Positions 1 to 9,796 of a stretch of 64,000 nt of DNA are shown here, piece by piece (position 1 is the stretch's first letter; every line of letters begins with the position of its first letter). Origin of the DNA: Fidelibacterota bacterium (GTDB lineage Bacteria; Fidelibacterota; Marinisomatia; Marinisomatales; S15-B10). The stretch is from the NCBI GenBank assembly GCA_046861655.1, contig JBHIAI010000001.1, positions 1 to 64,000 on the forward strand, given 5' to 3'. The position numbers and the translations under genes were made by a program. Under the pieces are notes generated by a model that worked only from the letters and a program-made list of their open reading frames with translations, was not told the DNA's origin and ran no database searches.

Positions 1-702
1 GATGTTCGCGCGGATGGCACACAGTTCAAGAAAAAGACAGCCGGAAGCTTCTGGCCCCTTTTGGCCGGGATATCATCCAGGAACCAGGCCGACCGGCTGG
101 TCCAGCACCTGAAAAACCCCGAGGAATTCTGGCGACCCATGGTGTTCCCCACCCTGTCTGCGGACGAGGAAGAATACAGACCCGACGGAGGGTATTGGCT
201 CGGAGGTGTATGGGCGCCCACCAATGTTATGATCATCAAAGGCCGTCAAAACTATGGCTATGAGGATTTTGCCACAGAGGCCACCGAGAGGTACCTGTCG
301 GGTATGGCCCAGGTGTTTAAAGAAACGGGTACGGTCTGGGAAAACTATGCACCGGAATCCCTTGAACCGGGAAATCCCGCCAAGGGCGATTTCGTGGGAT
401 GGACGGGATCCGGCCCCATAGCCCTTCTTATTGAAAACATTCTGGGCCTTCGAACCGACGGTGTTCGCCAGCATTTGACCTGGCGTCTCAAGCGTGTTGA
501 CCGCCACGGAATAGAGAATCTCAAGGTGGGTGACGTCCAGGTGTCCGTAATCTGCGAGGGGCGTGAGAGTTCGGACTCCCCGGCCGTCCTGAAAGTGGCC
601 TCCAACAAACCATTTACTCTCACGGTGATCCACCCGTCCGGAGAAGAAACGTTCACCCTTGAGGAAGGGGAGCACATCATGACTGTTGGAAGCAGTGACT
701 GA
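1..702 (+). CDS. Glycoside hydrolase, GH63/MGH1-like (trehalase-like) C-terminal part; 5'-truncated by the window edge
   Basis: Frame open from base 1 (DVRADG...). Motifs YWLGGVWAP, WENYAPE and DFVGWTG resemble (alpha/alpha)6 GH63-like enzymes. Confidence 0.75.
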   Translation, partial: DVRADGTQFKKKTAGSFWPLLAGISSRNQADRLVQHLKNPEEFWRPMVFPTLSADEEEYRPDGGYWLGGVWAPTNVMIIKGRQNYGYEDFATEATERYLSGMAQVFKETGTVWENYAPESLEPGNPAKGDFVGWTGSGPIALLIENILGLRTDGVRQHLTWRLKRVDRHGIENLKVGDVQVSVICEGRESSDSPAVLKVASNKPFTLTVIHPSGEETFTLEEGEHIMTVGSSD

Positions 703-2305
703 AGACGATATCTGGTGGAAGAACGCCGTTTTCTACCAGATCTATCCTCGTAGTTTTATGGATGGGAATGGGGATGGTGTGGGAGATCTCCAGGGAATCT
801 TAGACCGCCTTGGTTATCTGGAGGATCTGGGCGTGGACGCTGTCTGGCTCTCGCCCATCTATGCCTCTCCAATGGCAGACTATGGTTATGACGTTTCGGA
901 CCATACGTCCGTCGATCCCGTATTTGGGGATCTGGCAACGTTCCACCGGCTTGTGGTTGCTGCTCACCGTCGAAACCTGCGTGTCCTGCTAGACTACATC
1001 CCGAACCACACCTCAGATCGGCATCCCTGGTTTCTTGAATCCCGTCGGAGCCGGAATAATCCCAGGCGGGATTGGTACATTTGGAAGGATCCGAAGCCGG
1101 ACGGAACCCCCCCTAACAACTGGGAATCGATCTTCGGAGGTTCGGCCTGGGAGCGCGACGAACGCACAGGACAGTACTATCTGCATCTTTACTTGAAAGA
1201 ACAGCCTGACCTGAACTGGCGTAACCCGGAAGTGATAGATGCTATGCACGATGTGCTTCGGTTTTGGCTGGACAAGGGGGTAGATGGCTTCCGTGTGGAT
1301 GCCGTTGTGGGCTGCATCAAGGATGCAAACTTTTCTGACAATCCACCCATAAAGGATGACCATCCGGCCAAGGCATGGGGCCTGACCCGCGAGCCCGTGT
1401 TTACCTCCAACCAACCTGAAATCCACGAGATGGTACGAGGTCTTCGTGGTGTTTTGGACGGCTACGACGGCAATCGTGTGATGATCGGGGAAACGTGGGC
1501 GTTCGATCCGAGCGTATTGGTGTCCTACTACGGGAAGAATCTGGATGAATTCCACATTCCGTTTAACTTTATGGGGGCCGTTGCCACCTGGAACCCACAG
1601 GAGATGAAACGGGCGATCTCCTCTTACTACGATGCTCTTCCCGAAGGAGCGAGTCCCAATTTCGTGTTTGGCAGTCATGATGTCCATCGGCTGGCGACGC
1701 GATTCGGGCCCCAGAATCACCGTTCGGTTGGCATGTTGCTGTTGACGTTGCGGGGCATTCCAACGCTGTACTATGGTGACGAACTGGGGATGGAGGACGC
1801 AGACATACCTGAGGAGCTCAGACGGGACCCGTGGGGGAAAGCCATGGCGGGCCTTACCCTGGGCCGCGACCAGGAAAGGACCCCCATGCAGTGGGACGAT
1901 TCCCCCAATGCGGGATTTTCCCCGCCAGGAGTCCAGACGTGGTTGCCGGTAAACAGGAACTACGAGGAAACGAATGTCTCCCGTCAGCGCCAGGACCCTG
2001 AGTCCACCCTGAATTTCTACAGAACCCTGTTATCCCTTCGGCGGAAGATGCCCGCGCTAACCCGGGGGGATCTCACCTTTGTGAAAGAAGTCCCATCGGA
2101 CATCGTAGCCTATGTACGGTCTGTCCGGGGGCAACGGGCACTGGTAATCATCAATTTCAAGGACTCTGAGCACAGGTTGGACCTGTCCGCCCTGGGCCAA
2201 TCAGGCAAACGGCTACTGTCTTCCCGGTTCGATCCACCGGGAGGGGTGCCCATGTCCGAGTTGCAGGTGAACCCACATGAGAGCTTGCTCGTCGAGCTGA
2301 TGTGA
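686..2305 (+). CDS. GH13 alpha-glucosidase / oligo-1,6-glucosidase (start may be GTG 695)
   Basis: WWKNAVFYQIYPRSF, DYGYDVSD, NHTSDRHPWF, GVDGFRVDAV, HDVHR, RTPMQW. Confidence 0.93.
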   Translation: MEAVTEDDIWWKNAVFYQIYPRSFMDGNGDGVGDLQGILDRLGYLEDLGVDAVWLSPIYASPMADYGYDVSDHTSVDPVFGDLATFHRLVVAAHRRNLRVLLDYIPNHTSDRHPWFLESRRSRNNPRRDWYIWKDPKPDGTPPNNWESIFGGSAWERDERTGQYYLHLYLKEQPDLNWRNPEVIDAMHDVLRFWLDKGVDGFRVDAVVGCIKDANFSDNPPIKDDHPAKAWGLTREPVFTSNQPEIHEMVRGLRGVLDGYDGNRVMIGETWAFDPSVLVSYYGKNLDEFHIPFNFMGAVATWNPQEMKRAISSYYDALPEGASPNFVFGSHDVHRLATRFGPQNHRSVGMLLLTLRGIPTLYYGDELGMEDADIPEELRRDPWGKAMAGLTLGRDQERTPMQWDDSPNAGFSPPGVQTWLPVNRNYEETNVSRQRQDPESTLNFYRTLLSLRRKMPALTRGDLTFVKEVPSDIVAYVRSVRGQRALVIINFKDSEHRLDLSALGQSGKRLLSSRFDPPGGVPMSELQVNPHESLLVELM

Positions 2306-2306
2306 C

Positions 2307-3911
2307 GTGGCAGTTTTGAACCCCATCGATATCGCACTCATCGGCGGCTATTTCGCTGTGGTTTTTGGGATCGGGTATTGGGCAGCCCGCCGGGAGAAGA
2401 ACGAAAGTGCGGACTATTTCCTGGCGGGGCGTGATGTGGGCTGGCTTGCGGTGGGTGCAAGCCTGTTTGCGTCGAACATCGGGAGCGAACATTTGATAGG
2501 GCTGGCGGGTACGGGCGCGGCCAGTGGGTTGGCCGTGGGCCATTTCGAATGGCTTGCCGCTCTGATACTCCTCCTGCTTGGGTGGGTATTCGTGCCGTTT
2601 TATATGAGAAGTGGTGTCTATACCATGCCGGAGTTTCTGGAGCGCCGCTACAATTCCGCCTCTCGATGGTACCTGACGACCATATCTGTGATCGGATATG
2701 TGCTCACCAAGGTCGGTGTTACCTTGTTCGCCGGAGGGTTAGTAATAGGAGAGCTCACGGGCCTGAATATTTGGATAAGTGCAGGGGTACTGGTCATCGC
2801 AACGGGGATATACACAGCGGCAGGTGGATTGCGGGCTGTTATCTACACGGACTTAATGCAGGCGTTTGTGCTTATTCTCGGTTCCATCGGTTTGACGGTA
2901 CTGGGTTTGATCGAGGTGGGAGGCTGGCAGGGTCTTCAGACTCGAATGCCCGCCGATTTCTTCTCCATCTGGAAGCCCTCCAATCATCCCGATTTCCCCT
3001 GGACGGGAATTGTCTTTGGTGCGCCCATTCTTGGCGTGTGGTACTGGTGCACGGACCAATTCATCGTTCAGCGGGTTCTGGCCGCCCGGAACCTGGAACA
3101 GGCCCGAAGGGGAACAATTCTCGCTGGATTCCTGAAAATCCTGCCCGTTTTTATCTTCGTCCTCCCCGGGGTCATCGCCGCCGCCCTGTATAGTGACATA
3201 AGTGGATCCACTACAGACCGGGCTTTTCCTGCGCTGGTTAGCCGGTTGTTACCCGTGGGCCTGAGAGGGCTCGTAATCGCCGGACTGTTGGCAGCTCTAA
3301 TGAGCTCCCTTAGTTCCGTTTTTAATTCGTGTTCCACCCTGATTACGTGGGATTTCTATAAGAAGCTCAAGCCTCAGGCAAGCGAAAGGCATCTGGTCAC
3401 CGTGGGCCGGATCGCCACCGGGGCGGTGGTGGTTTTGGGACTGCTCTGGATTCCGTTCATGAAGTACATCTCCTCGCAGCTCTACATCTACCTCCAGAGC
3501 GTTCAAGCCTATATCGCTCCCCCCATCGCGGCCTGTTTCCTGGTGGGCCTTTTCATCCCCCGGCTGAACGGGAAGGGGGCCATCTCGTCTCTGGTTACGG
3601 GGTTTGTCCTTGGAACGTTCCGATTGGTCCTGGAATTAGTAAACGGTACGGATAAGGCAGGATTGACAGATGGGACAGTGTGGACCTGGATCGCCGAGAT
3701 CAATTTTCTCCACTATGCGGTTCTGCTGTTTGTGGTGTGCAGCCTGGTGTTGGTCATCGTGAGTTTCTTGACCCGGCCTCCGTCGAAAGAGCAGATTGAG
3801 GGACTCACCTATTCCAGTGCCGGGAGAGGCCTTGTTGCGGACAGACCAGGCGTGGTTCTGTCTGTTGTACTGGCCGTAACGATAGGCCTTCTGTGGGTCG
3901 TCTTTGCGTAG
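2307..3911 (+). CDS. Sodium:solute symporter, SGLT/sugar type
   Basis: DYFLAGR, ASNIGSEH, TMPEFLERRY, WYWCTDQFIVQR; many TM helices. Confidence 0.93.
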   Translation: MAVLNPIDIALIGGYFAVVFGIGYWAARREKNESADYFLAGRDVGWLAVGASLFASNIGSEHLIGLAGTGAASGLAVGHFEWLAALILLLLGWVFVPFYMRSGVYTMPEFLERRYNSASRWYLTTISVIGYVLTKVGVTLFAGGLVIGELTGLNIWISAGVLVIATGIYTAAGGLRAVIYTDLMQAFVLILGSIGLTVLGLIEVGGWQGLQTRMPADFFSIWKPSNHPDFPWTGIVFGAPILGVWYWCTDQFIVQRVLAARNLEQARRGTILAGFLKILPVFIFVLPGVIAAALYSDISGSTTDRAFPALVSRLLPVGLRGLVIAGLLAALMSSLSSVFNSCSTLITWDFYKKLKPQASERHLVTVGRIATGAVVVLGLLWIPFMKYISSQLYIYLQSVQAYIAPPIAACFLVGLFIPRLNGKGAISSLVTGFVLGTFRLVLELVNGTDKAGLTDGTVWTWIAEINFLHYAVLLFVVCSLVLVIVSFLTRPPSKEQIEGLTYSSAGRGLVADRPGVVLSVVLAVTIGLLWVVFA

Positions 3912-3917
3912 GCAAAC

Positions 3918-5780
3918 GTGATTGATATCGTCATAGTCCTGGCCTTTGTGGCCTATAGCGTTTCCGCGGGTTTTAGGGCCCGGTCGAAAGCCTCCAAGAA
4001 TCTGGAGGAATACTTTCTGGCCGGCCGGACGGTTGCCGGATGGAAAGCGGGCTTTTCTATGGCTGCAACCCAGTACGGGGCGGATACGCCGCTTCTGGTC
4101 ACGGGACTCATCGCCACGGGTGGCATCTTCATGTTGTGGCGGTTGTGGATCTACGGACTGGCCTTTTTGATGATGGGCTTTGTCCTGGGCCGGGCCTGGC
4201 GGAGAGCCCGGGTATTGACAGACGCTGAATTCACCGAGATCCGCTACAGCGGTAAAGGGGTGTTGACCCTGAGGGCCCTCAAGGCTATCTACTACGGCAC
4301 GGTAATCAACTGCACGGTTATGGCCATGGTGCTGGTAGCCGCCACCCGCATATCCGAAACCTTCCTGTTCTGGAATGAATGGTTGCCGCCGAATGTTTAC
4401 CATACGATCCTCACCTGGGTGAAAGGGGTGGGTGTCCCGCTGGCATCGGGTGCCACGGGCCTGGACATCTACGTGGCCACTACCAACAATATCATCAGCA
4501 TCCTGGCCATTCTGGCCTTTACCGCCTTATACTCCACCACCGGAGGGCTCCGGAGCGTCATCGCCACCGACATCGTTCAGTTCTCCATCGCTATGGTGGC
4601 AACGTTCATTTACGCCGTGATCGCTGTCTCCAGGGCCGGGGGGCTGGGAACCATGATCGACAGGATGGTGGAACTGTACGGGGAGATTCGAACTGCAGAA
4701 ATTCTTTCTTTCAGCCCCACCTCGTGGGATGCCGTACTCCCGTTTCTTGTCCTCATAGGTCTCCAGTGGTTCTTCCAGATGAACAGCGACGGCACAGGGT
4801 ATCTGGCCCAGAGAACCATGGCCTGCCGGACAGACCAGGGAGCCCGTCTGGCCGGATTCGTGTTCACCGTGGCCCAGATCCTGGTGAGAAGCCTCTTCTG
4901 GTTGCCCATCGGCCTGGCCCTTTTGATCATCTATCCGTACGATCCAGCCGCCACGGCCGGAGAAACCTTTGTCGCGGGCAGGGAGATTCTCTTTGCTACC
5001 GGTATCAGGGACCTGCTCCCGGTGGGCATAAGGGGTCTCATGCTTACCGGTCTGCTGGCTGCCCTGGCTTCCACTGTGGATACCCATCTCACATGGGGAG
5101 CCAGCTACTGGAGTAACGACATTTACCTCAGACTCGTAAACCAGCAGTGGCTGAAGAGGGAGCCCTCTTCCAGGGAATTGGTGGTCATCGCCCGGCTGTC
5201 CAATATTCTGATTCTGGCCATCGCCCTCACCATCATGGCAAATCTGGGCTCCATTCAGACCGCCTGGTACGTGTCGTTACTGTTCGGAGCCGGTATGGGG
5301 TTCGTTCTCGTGATGCGATGGCTGTGGGAGCGTATCAACGTCTATTCAGAGCTGTCGGCCATGGCCACGTCCCTGGTGGTGGCCCCCATCATCCTGTTTA
5401 CTGTTGAAACGGAGTGGCTGCGGCTGCTCTTGATGTCCGTCGCCTCTACCATAGTGGTTCTCGTGGTAACGCTTTCAACCGGGGAAACGGAACCGTCGGT
5501 CCTTGACGAGTTCTATGGGCGCGTGGATCCTCCAGGACGGTGGAGGAAAACGGCAGAGCGCATGGGTCTGGATCCCGACAAATCTGGACGCGTCTTCCGG
5601 GAAGGGGCGTACCTGGTATTGTCTACCGCCGCCACCATCTTTTTTCTTCTTGTCGGATTGGGAAAGCTGTTATTCCCCGCTCCCACAGGTTCCTCCTTCT
5701 CCGGGTGGCCGTACCTCCTGTTGGGATTGGCCGGCACAGGATTCTGGTGGAAAAAAGTGCGGTCGAAGGGGGGTATTTAA
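3918..5780 (+). CDS. Second sodium:solute symporter family protein
   Basis: EYFLAGR, GGLRSVIATD, GYLAQR, STVDTHLTWGASY; hydrophobic profile. Confidence 0.9.
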   Translation: MIDIVIVLAFVAYSVSAGFRARSKASKNLEEYFLAGRTVAGWKAGFSMAATQYGADTPLLVTGLIATGGIFMLWRLWIYGLAFLMMGFVLGRAWRRARVLTDAEFTEIRYSGKGVLTLRALKAIYYGTVINCTVMAMVLVAATRISETFLFWNEWLPPNVYHTILTWVKGVGVPLASGATGLDIYVATTNNIISILAILAFTALYSTTGGLRSVIATDIVQFSIAMVATFIYAVIAVSRAGGLGTMIDRMVELYGEIRTAEILSFSPTSWDAVLPFLVLIGLQWFFQMNSDGTGYLAQRTMACRTDQGARLAGFVFTVAQILVRSLFWLPIGLALLIIYPYDPAATAGETFVAGREILFATGIRDLLPVGIRGLMLTGLLAALASTVDTHLTWGASYWSNDIYLRLVNQQWLKREPSSRELVVIARLSNILILAIALTIMANLGSIQTAWYVSLLFGAGMGFVLVMRWLWERINVYSELSAMATSLVVAPIILFTVETEWLRLLLMSVASTIVVLVVTLSTGETEPSVLDEFYGRVDPPGRWRKTAERMGLDPDKSGRVFREGAYLVLSTAATIFFLLVGLGKLLFPAPTGSSFSGWPYLLLGLAGTGFWWKKVRSKGGI

Positions 5781-5951
5781 GGCTAAATTAAGAGGATATC
5801 CCCCACCGGGTACACCTGAAGCGGTTAGGGAGGATTGGTTGATTTCTCCTGTCCGCCCCGGTGATCCGGTGTGCTCCATGGAGGGTCCCAGGCTGGGGAG
5901 ATAGGCACAAAACCCTGATTCATCAGGGTCTCATAGAAGGAAAGAATAACC

Positions 5952-7229
5952 ATGCGACTACGTAACCGTTCCACCGGTTTATCCTACACCGGGAATAAAC
6001 CCTCAGGCTCGCTACGACATTTGGATGATTATCGCGGCATCGTCGAGGATGAGATCCTGGAGGACATCCGAACCCGGGCAAAAGACCTTTCCGGTATCAC
6101 CCTGGCCCACGTGAATGCCACGGCCTTCGGAGGCGGCGTGGCGGAAATCCTGGACAACCTGATTCTACTCATGAACGACGTGGGTATTCGGACCGACTGG
6201 AGGGTACTGCACGGCACTCCAGAGTTCTTCGAGGTGACCAAGAAGCTCCACAACACCCTCCAGGGGATGGACATTCCCTTCACGGACCAAGAGGCCCGGC
6301 TGTATGCCTTTATGAGTGAAAAGTTCAGCCGGTTCGCCGATCTTGAACATGATTGTGTCTTTATCCATGATCCTCAACCCCTCCCCCTGGGGCACTTTGT
6401 GGAGCATTCTGCACCGTGGATCTGGCGGTGCCACATCGATCTGACCCATCCCAACGGGGGGGCGTGGGATCTGGTGAGGCCGTACGTCCTGGAGTATGAC
6501 ACCATGGTCGTTTCCGGGGAAGCGTACCGCCGCCCCGATGTCAATATCGAGCAGAAGATTATTCACCCGTCCATCGATCCCCTGTCTCCCAAGAACAGGG
6601 AACTCTCCCCCGAAACCATTCGGACGTGTCTGGAAAGGGAAAACATTCCTGGAGATAAACCCATTGTCGCTCAAGTTTCCCGGTTTGATCCATGGAAAGA
6701 CCCCGAGGGGGTGCTGGAAATGTTCCTGAAAGTTCGAAAGGAAGTGGACTGCCGGCTCATCTTCTGCTACAACCTGGCCAGTGACGACCCGGAGGGCGTC
6801 CGCATTTATGACAGGATGCTGGAGGCGGCAAAGCCCTACCTGGAGCAGGGAGAGGTTATCTTTGTGAGAGGGGATGATCCAATCGTGGTGAATACCATCC
6901 AGCGGTCCGCGGCTGTCATTGTGCAGAAATCAACTCGGGAAGGATTCGGACTTGTCGTTACGGAGGCCATGTGGAAAGGAGCCGCAGTGGTGGCTTCGCG
7001 GGTGGGAGGGATTCCCATACAGATTGAAGACGGAGTCTCGGGATTCCTGGTGGAGCCTTCCCATATTGAAGAATGCGCGACAAAGGTTATCCAGTTGCTG
7101 AAGGACAAAGATCAGGCCCGGGATCTGGGGACGCAGGCCAGGGAGAGAGTCCGGGAGAGATTTCTCATTACCCGGCATATGACGGACCACCTGGAGCTCA
7201 TAAAGAGTCTCCTGAACAACCGGGACTAG
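5952..7229 (+). CDS. treT: GT4 glycosyl-transferring trehalose synthase (TreT-like)
   Basis: HVNATAFGGGVAEIL, TKKLHNTLQG, HDPQP, WRCHID, SRFDPWK, EGFGLVVTEA. Confidence 0.85.
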   Translation: MRLRNRSTGLSYTGNKPSGSLRHLDDYRGIVEDEILEDIRTRAKDLSGITLAHVNATAFGGGVAEILDNLILLMNDVGIRTDWRVLHGTPEFFEVTKKLHNTLQGMDIPFTDQEARLYAFMSEKFSRFADLEHDCVFIHDPQPLPLGHFVEHSAPWIWRCHIDLTHPNGGAWDLVRPYVLEYDTMVVSGEAYRRPDVNIEQKIIHPSIDPLSPKNRELSPETIRTCLERENIPGDKPIVAQVSRFDPWKDPEGVLEMFLKVRKEVDCRLIFCYNLASDDPEGVRIYDRMLEAAKPYLEQGEVIFVRGDDPIVVNTIQRSAAVIVQKSTREGFGLVVTEAMWKGAAVVASRVGGIPIQIEDGVSGFLVEPSHIEECATKVIQLLKDKDQARDLGTQARERVRERFLITRHMTDHLELIKSLLNNRD

Positions 7230-7251
7230 AAGGGGAGGGTACGGCAGAGCG

Positions 7252-8235
7252 ATGGCACAGGAATTACAAGCTGGCATTGACCTGGGAGGGAGCAAGATTT
7301 ATATCCTCATCCGGTCGGAAAAGGGGAAAACTCTGGGACGTTCCGTGGGGGAAACACCCCGTGGGGATTCTTTTGAGGCGATAGCCAGGGCTCTCAAGAA
7401 ACATTTTGACACGGCCTGTGAGCAATCAGGATTGACTGGGGGCGATATTGATGGTATTGGTCTCGGCGTTCCGGGTCCGTTGAATCCCGGCGGACGGGTC
7501 TCGGTTATGCCCAACCTCAACCTTAAAGATGTACCCGTGAGAGAGACGGTCGAAACAGTTTTTGAAAAGCCCGTTCAGGTGGAGAACGATGTAAACCTTG
7601 CGGTTCTGGCGGAGTTCCATTTGGGGGCGGGAAAAGGTGTGAACTCCCTTTACGGGATTGTTCCAGGAACGGGCGTCGGAGGTGGATACGTGGTGGACGG
7701 AAAAATTGTAAGAGGGAAAAACCATACCGCGGGAGAGATAGGACATATGGTCGTAGAACTTGACGGTCCTGTCTGCGGTTGCGGGCAGAAGGGATGTCTG
7801 GAAGCTTTCGTGGGTCGGGTGGCGTTATTAAGGAAACTGCGGGCGGCCCGCGAAAGAGGGGAAAATTCAATCCTTTTGGATCACGCCGATCAGGATTTCC
7901 GTACGGTGGGGGTGGCGGAATTAAGACAGGGCTGGATTCAGGGGGACCGCTTTACCCGGGGTCTTCTTACCGAAGAAGCCAGGGTTCTGGGTGTGGCAGT
8001 GGCCAACGTGGTGAATCTCATCGGTGTGGATGGAGTGGTGATCGGGGGCCGGGTATTCGAAGCCCTGGGGGATGCTTTGTTGCCCATCGTGGAAGAGACC
8101 GCCTTCCGCCACGCCATCGGGGGCGGGATGAAGGGAGTGCGCCTGGTGCTGTCGGCTCTGAAAGAAGAGGCGGTGGCCCTGGGAGCCACTTTACTGGCTC
8201 TGCGCTCACCCACCAGGCCCGCGGAAGCACTGTAA
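7252..8235 (+). CDS. ROK family sugar kinase (glucokinase-like)
   Basis: GIDLGGSK, ENDVN, GTGVGGG, GEIGH, CGCGQKGCLE. Confidence 0.92.
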   Translation: MAQELQAGIDLGGSKIYILIRSEKGKTLGRSVGETPRGDSFEAIARALKKHFDTACEQSGLTGGDIDGIGLGVPGPLNPGGRVSVMPNLNLKDVPVRETVETVFEKPVQVENDVNLAVLAEFHLGAGKGVNSLYGIVPGTGVGGGYVVDGKIVRGKNHTAGEIGHMVVELDGPVCGCGQKGCLEAFVGRVALLRKLRAARERGENSILLDHADQDFRTVGVAELRQGWIQGDRFTRGLLTEEARVLGVAVANVVNLIGVDGVVIGGRVFEALGDALLPIVEETAFRHAIGGGMKGVRLVLSALKEEAVALGATLLALRSPTRPAEAL

Positions 8236-8413
8236 GATTATTCTTGACATTCATGGCGATAGACCTTTTATTCTATACAGCGGGCCAATTTGTACCGTTT
8301 AACTGACTGATACCCTTTTCGCTCGAATATCCGGCCGGATAGGCCGGAACCAACAGCAAGTCCGGCCCGCACAAGAGTCAGTCCAGAAAGAAACATGAGA
8401 GGAGGCACTGCCA

Positions 8414-9796
8414 GTGGCTAGATGTCAGCACTCGCTGAGACTCTACGGCATTCACAATGTGGACAGCATACCTCAAATCGAGGGACTTTCACGGGACCAG
8501 CGGTTCGCCCTGGAGGTGGTAGCCCAGGTCCTCCCCTTTCGCACCAACAATTATGTCGTCAATGAGCTTATTGACTGGTCCGATATCCCTGATGATCCTA
8601 TTTATCAACTGAACTTCATGCAAAGAGCCATGCTTGATCCCCATCATTTTGACGTCATTGCGGCCCTTCTGAAAAGGAACGCATCCCGGGCCGAACTCAC
8701 CGCTGAGGCAAACAGGATCCGCAGGGAGCTGAATCCCCATCCAGACGGACAGATGACCACCAACATTCCGGTGATGGATGACGAACGAGTCCCGGGCATT
8801 CAGCACAAGTACCAGGAGACCTGCCTGGTGTTTCCCGCAAGCGGTCAAACCTGCCATGCCTACTGCACGTTTTGTTTTCGCTGGCCTCAGTTTGTGGGCG
8901 AGGCCGATTTGAAGTTCGCCACCGACCAGTCCAGACGGTTTCAGGACTATATTCGAAAGCACCTTGAACTCACAGATGTTCTCTTCACCGGCGGTGATCC
9001 CCTGATCATGTCCGCCAGAAAGCTTGGCACGTTTGTACGTCCCCTTCTTGGTCCAGGGTTCGACCATATTCAGACCATCCGGATCGGGACCAAAGCTATT
9101 GCCTACTGGCCTTACCGGTTCATTTCCGATGGGGATGCTACCGATCTTCTGTCCCTGTTCGAGGATGTGGTGAAAGCGGGTAAACATCTGGCCTTGATGG
9201 CCCATTTCAATCACTGGAGGGAGACGTCCACCCGGTCCAGCCGGGAGGCCATAAGGAGGATCGGGAACACGGGAGCGGAAATCCGGACTCAGTCTCCCCT
9301 GATTCGACACATCAATGATGATGCTCGCGTATGGCGGAAGATGTGGAAGGACCAGGTGCGCCTGGGATGTATTCCCTACTATATGTTTGTGGAAAGGGAG
9401 ACCGGAGCCAACATCTATTTTTCAGTACCCCTGGCTCGGGCTTTCAGGATCTTCCGGGCCGCATATGTCCGGCTGTCTGGATTGGCCCGGACAGTAAGGG
9501 GCCCCTCCATGTCGGCCGACCCGGGAAAAGTGAGTGTGGACGGCGTTACAACGCTACAGGGGGAGAAGGTGTTTGTTCTCTCCCTTATTCAGGCCCGGAA
9601 TCCTGATTGGTGTATGCGGCCTTTCTTTGCCAAATTCGATCGTGAGGCCAGATGGCTGGATGATCTTGAACCTGCCCTTGGGGCCGAATCCTTCTTTTTC
9701 GAGAGGCCACGGTCCAGAAAGATCCGCGAGAAAAGGAGACAGAAAAGGACCAGCCTGTTCCACCGTAACTCAACTTTTTTCGGGAGCGTGTCCTGA
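8414..9796 (+). CDS. KamA-family radical SAM protein (lysine 2,3-aminomutase-like)
   Basis: HKY, CHAYCTFCFR (CxxxCxxC), TGGDP, IRIGTK, PYYMF, GPSMSADPGK; GAGGAGG RBS upstream. Confidence 0.88.
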   Translation: MARCQHSLRLYGIHNVDSIPQIEGLSRDQRFALEVVAQVLPFRTNNYVVNELIDWSDIPDDPIYQLNFMQRAMLDPHHFDVIAALLKRNASRAELTAEANRIRRELNPHPDGQMTTNIPVMDDERVPGIQHKYQETCLVFPASGQTCHAYCTFCFRWPQFVGEADLKFATDQSRRFQDYIRKHLELTDVLFTGGDPLIMSARKLGTFVRPLLGPGFDHIQTIRIGTKAIAYWPYRFISDGDATDLLSLFEDVVKAGKHLALMAHFNHWRETSTRSSREAIRRIGNTGAEIRTQSPLIRHINDDARVWRKMWKDQVRLGCIPYYMFVERETGANIYFSVPLARAFRIFRAAYVRLSGLARTVRGPSMSADPGKVSVDGVTTLQGEKVFVLSLIQARNPDWCMRPFFAKFDREARWLDDLEPALGAESFFFERPRSRKIREKRRQKRTSLFHRNSTFFGSVS

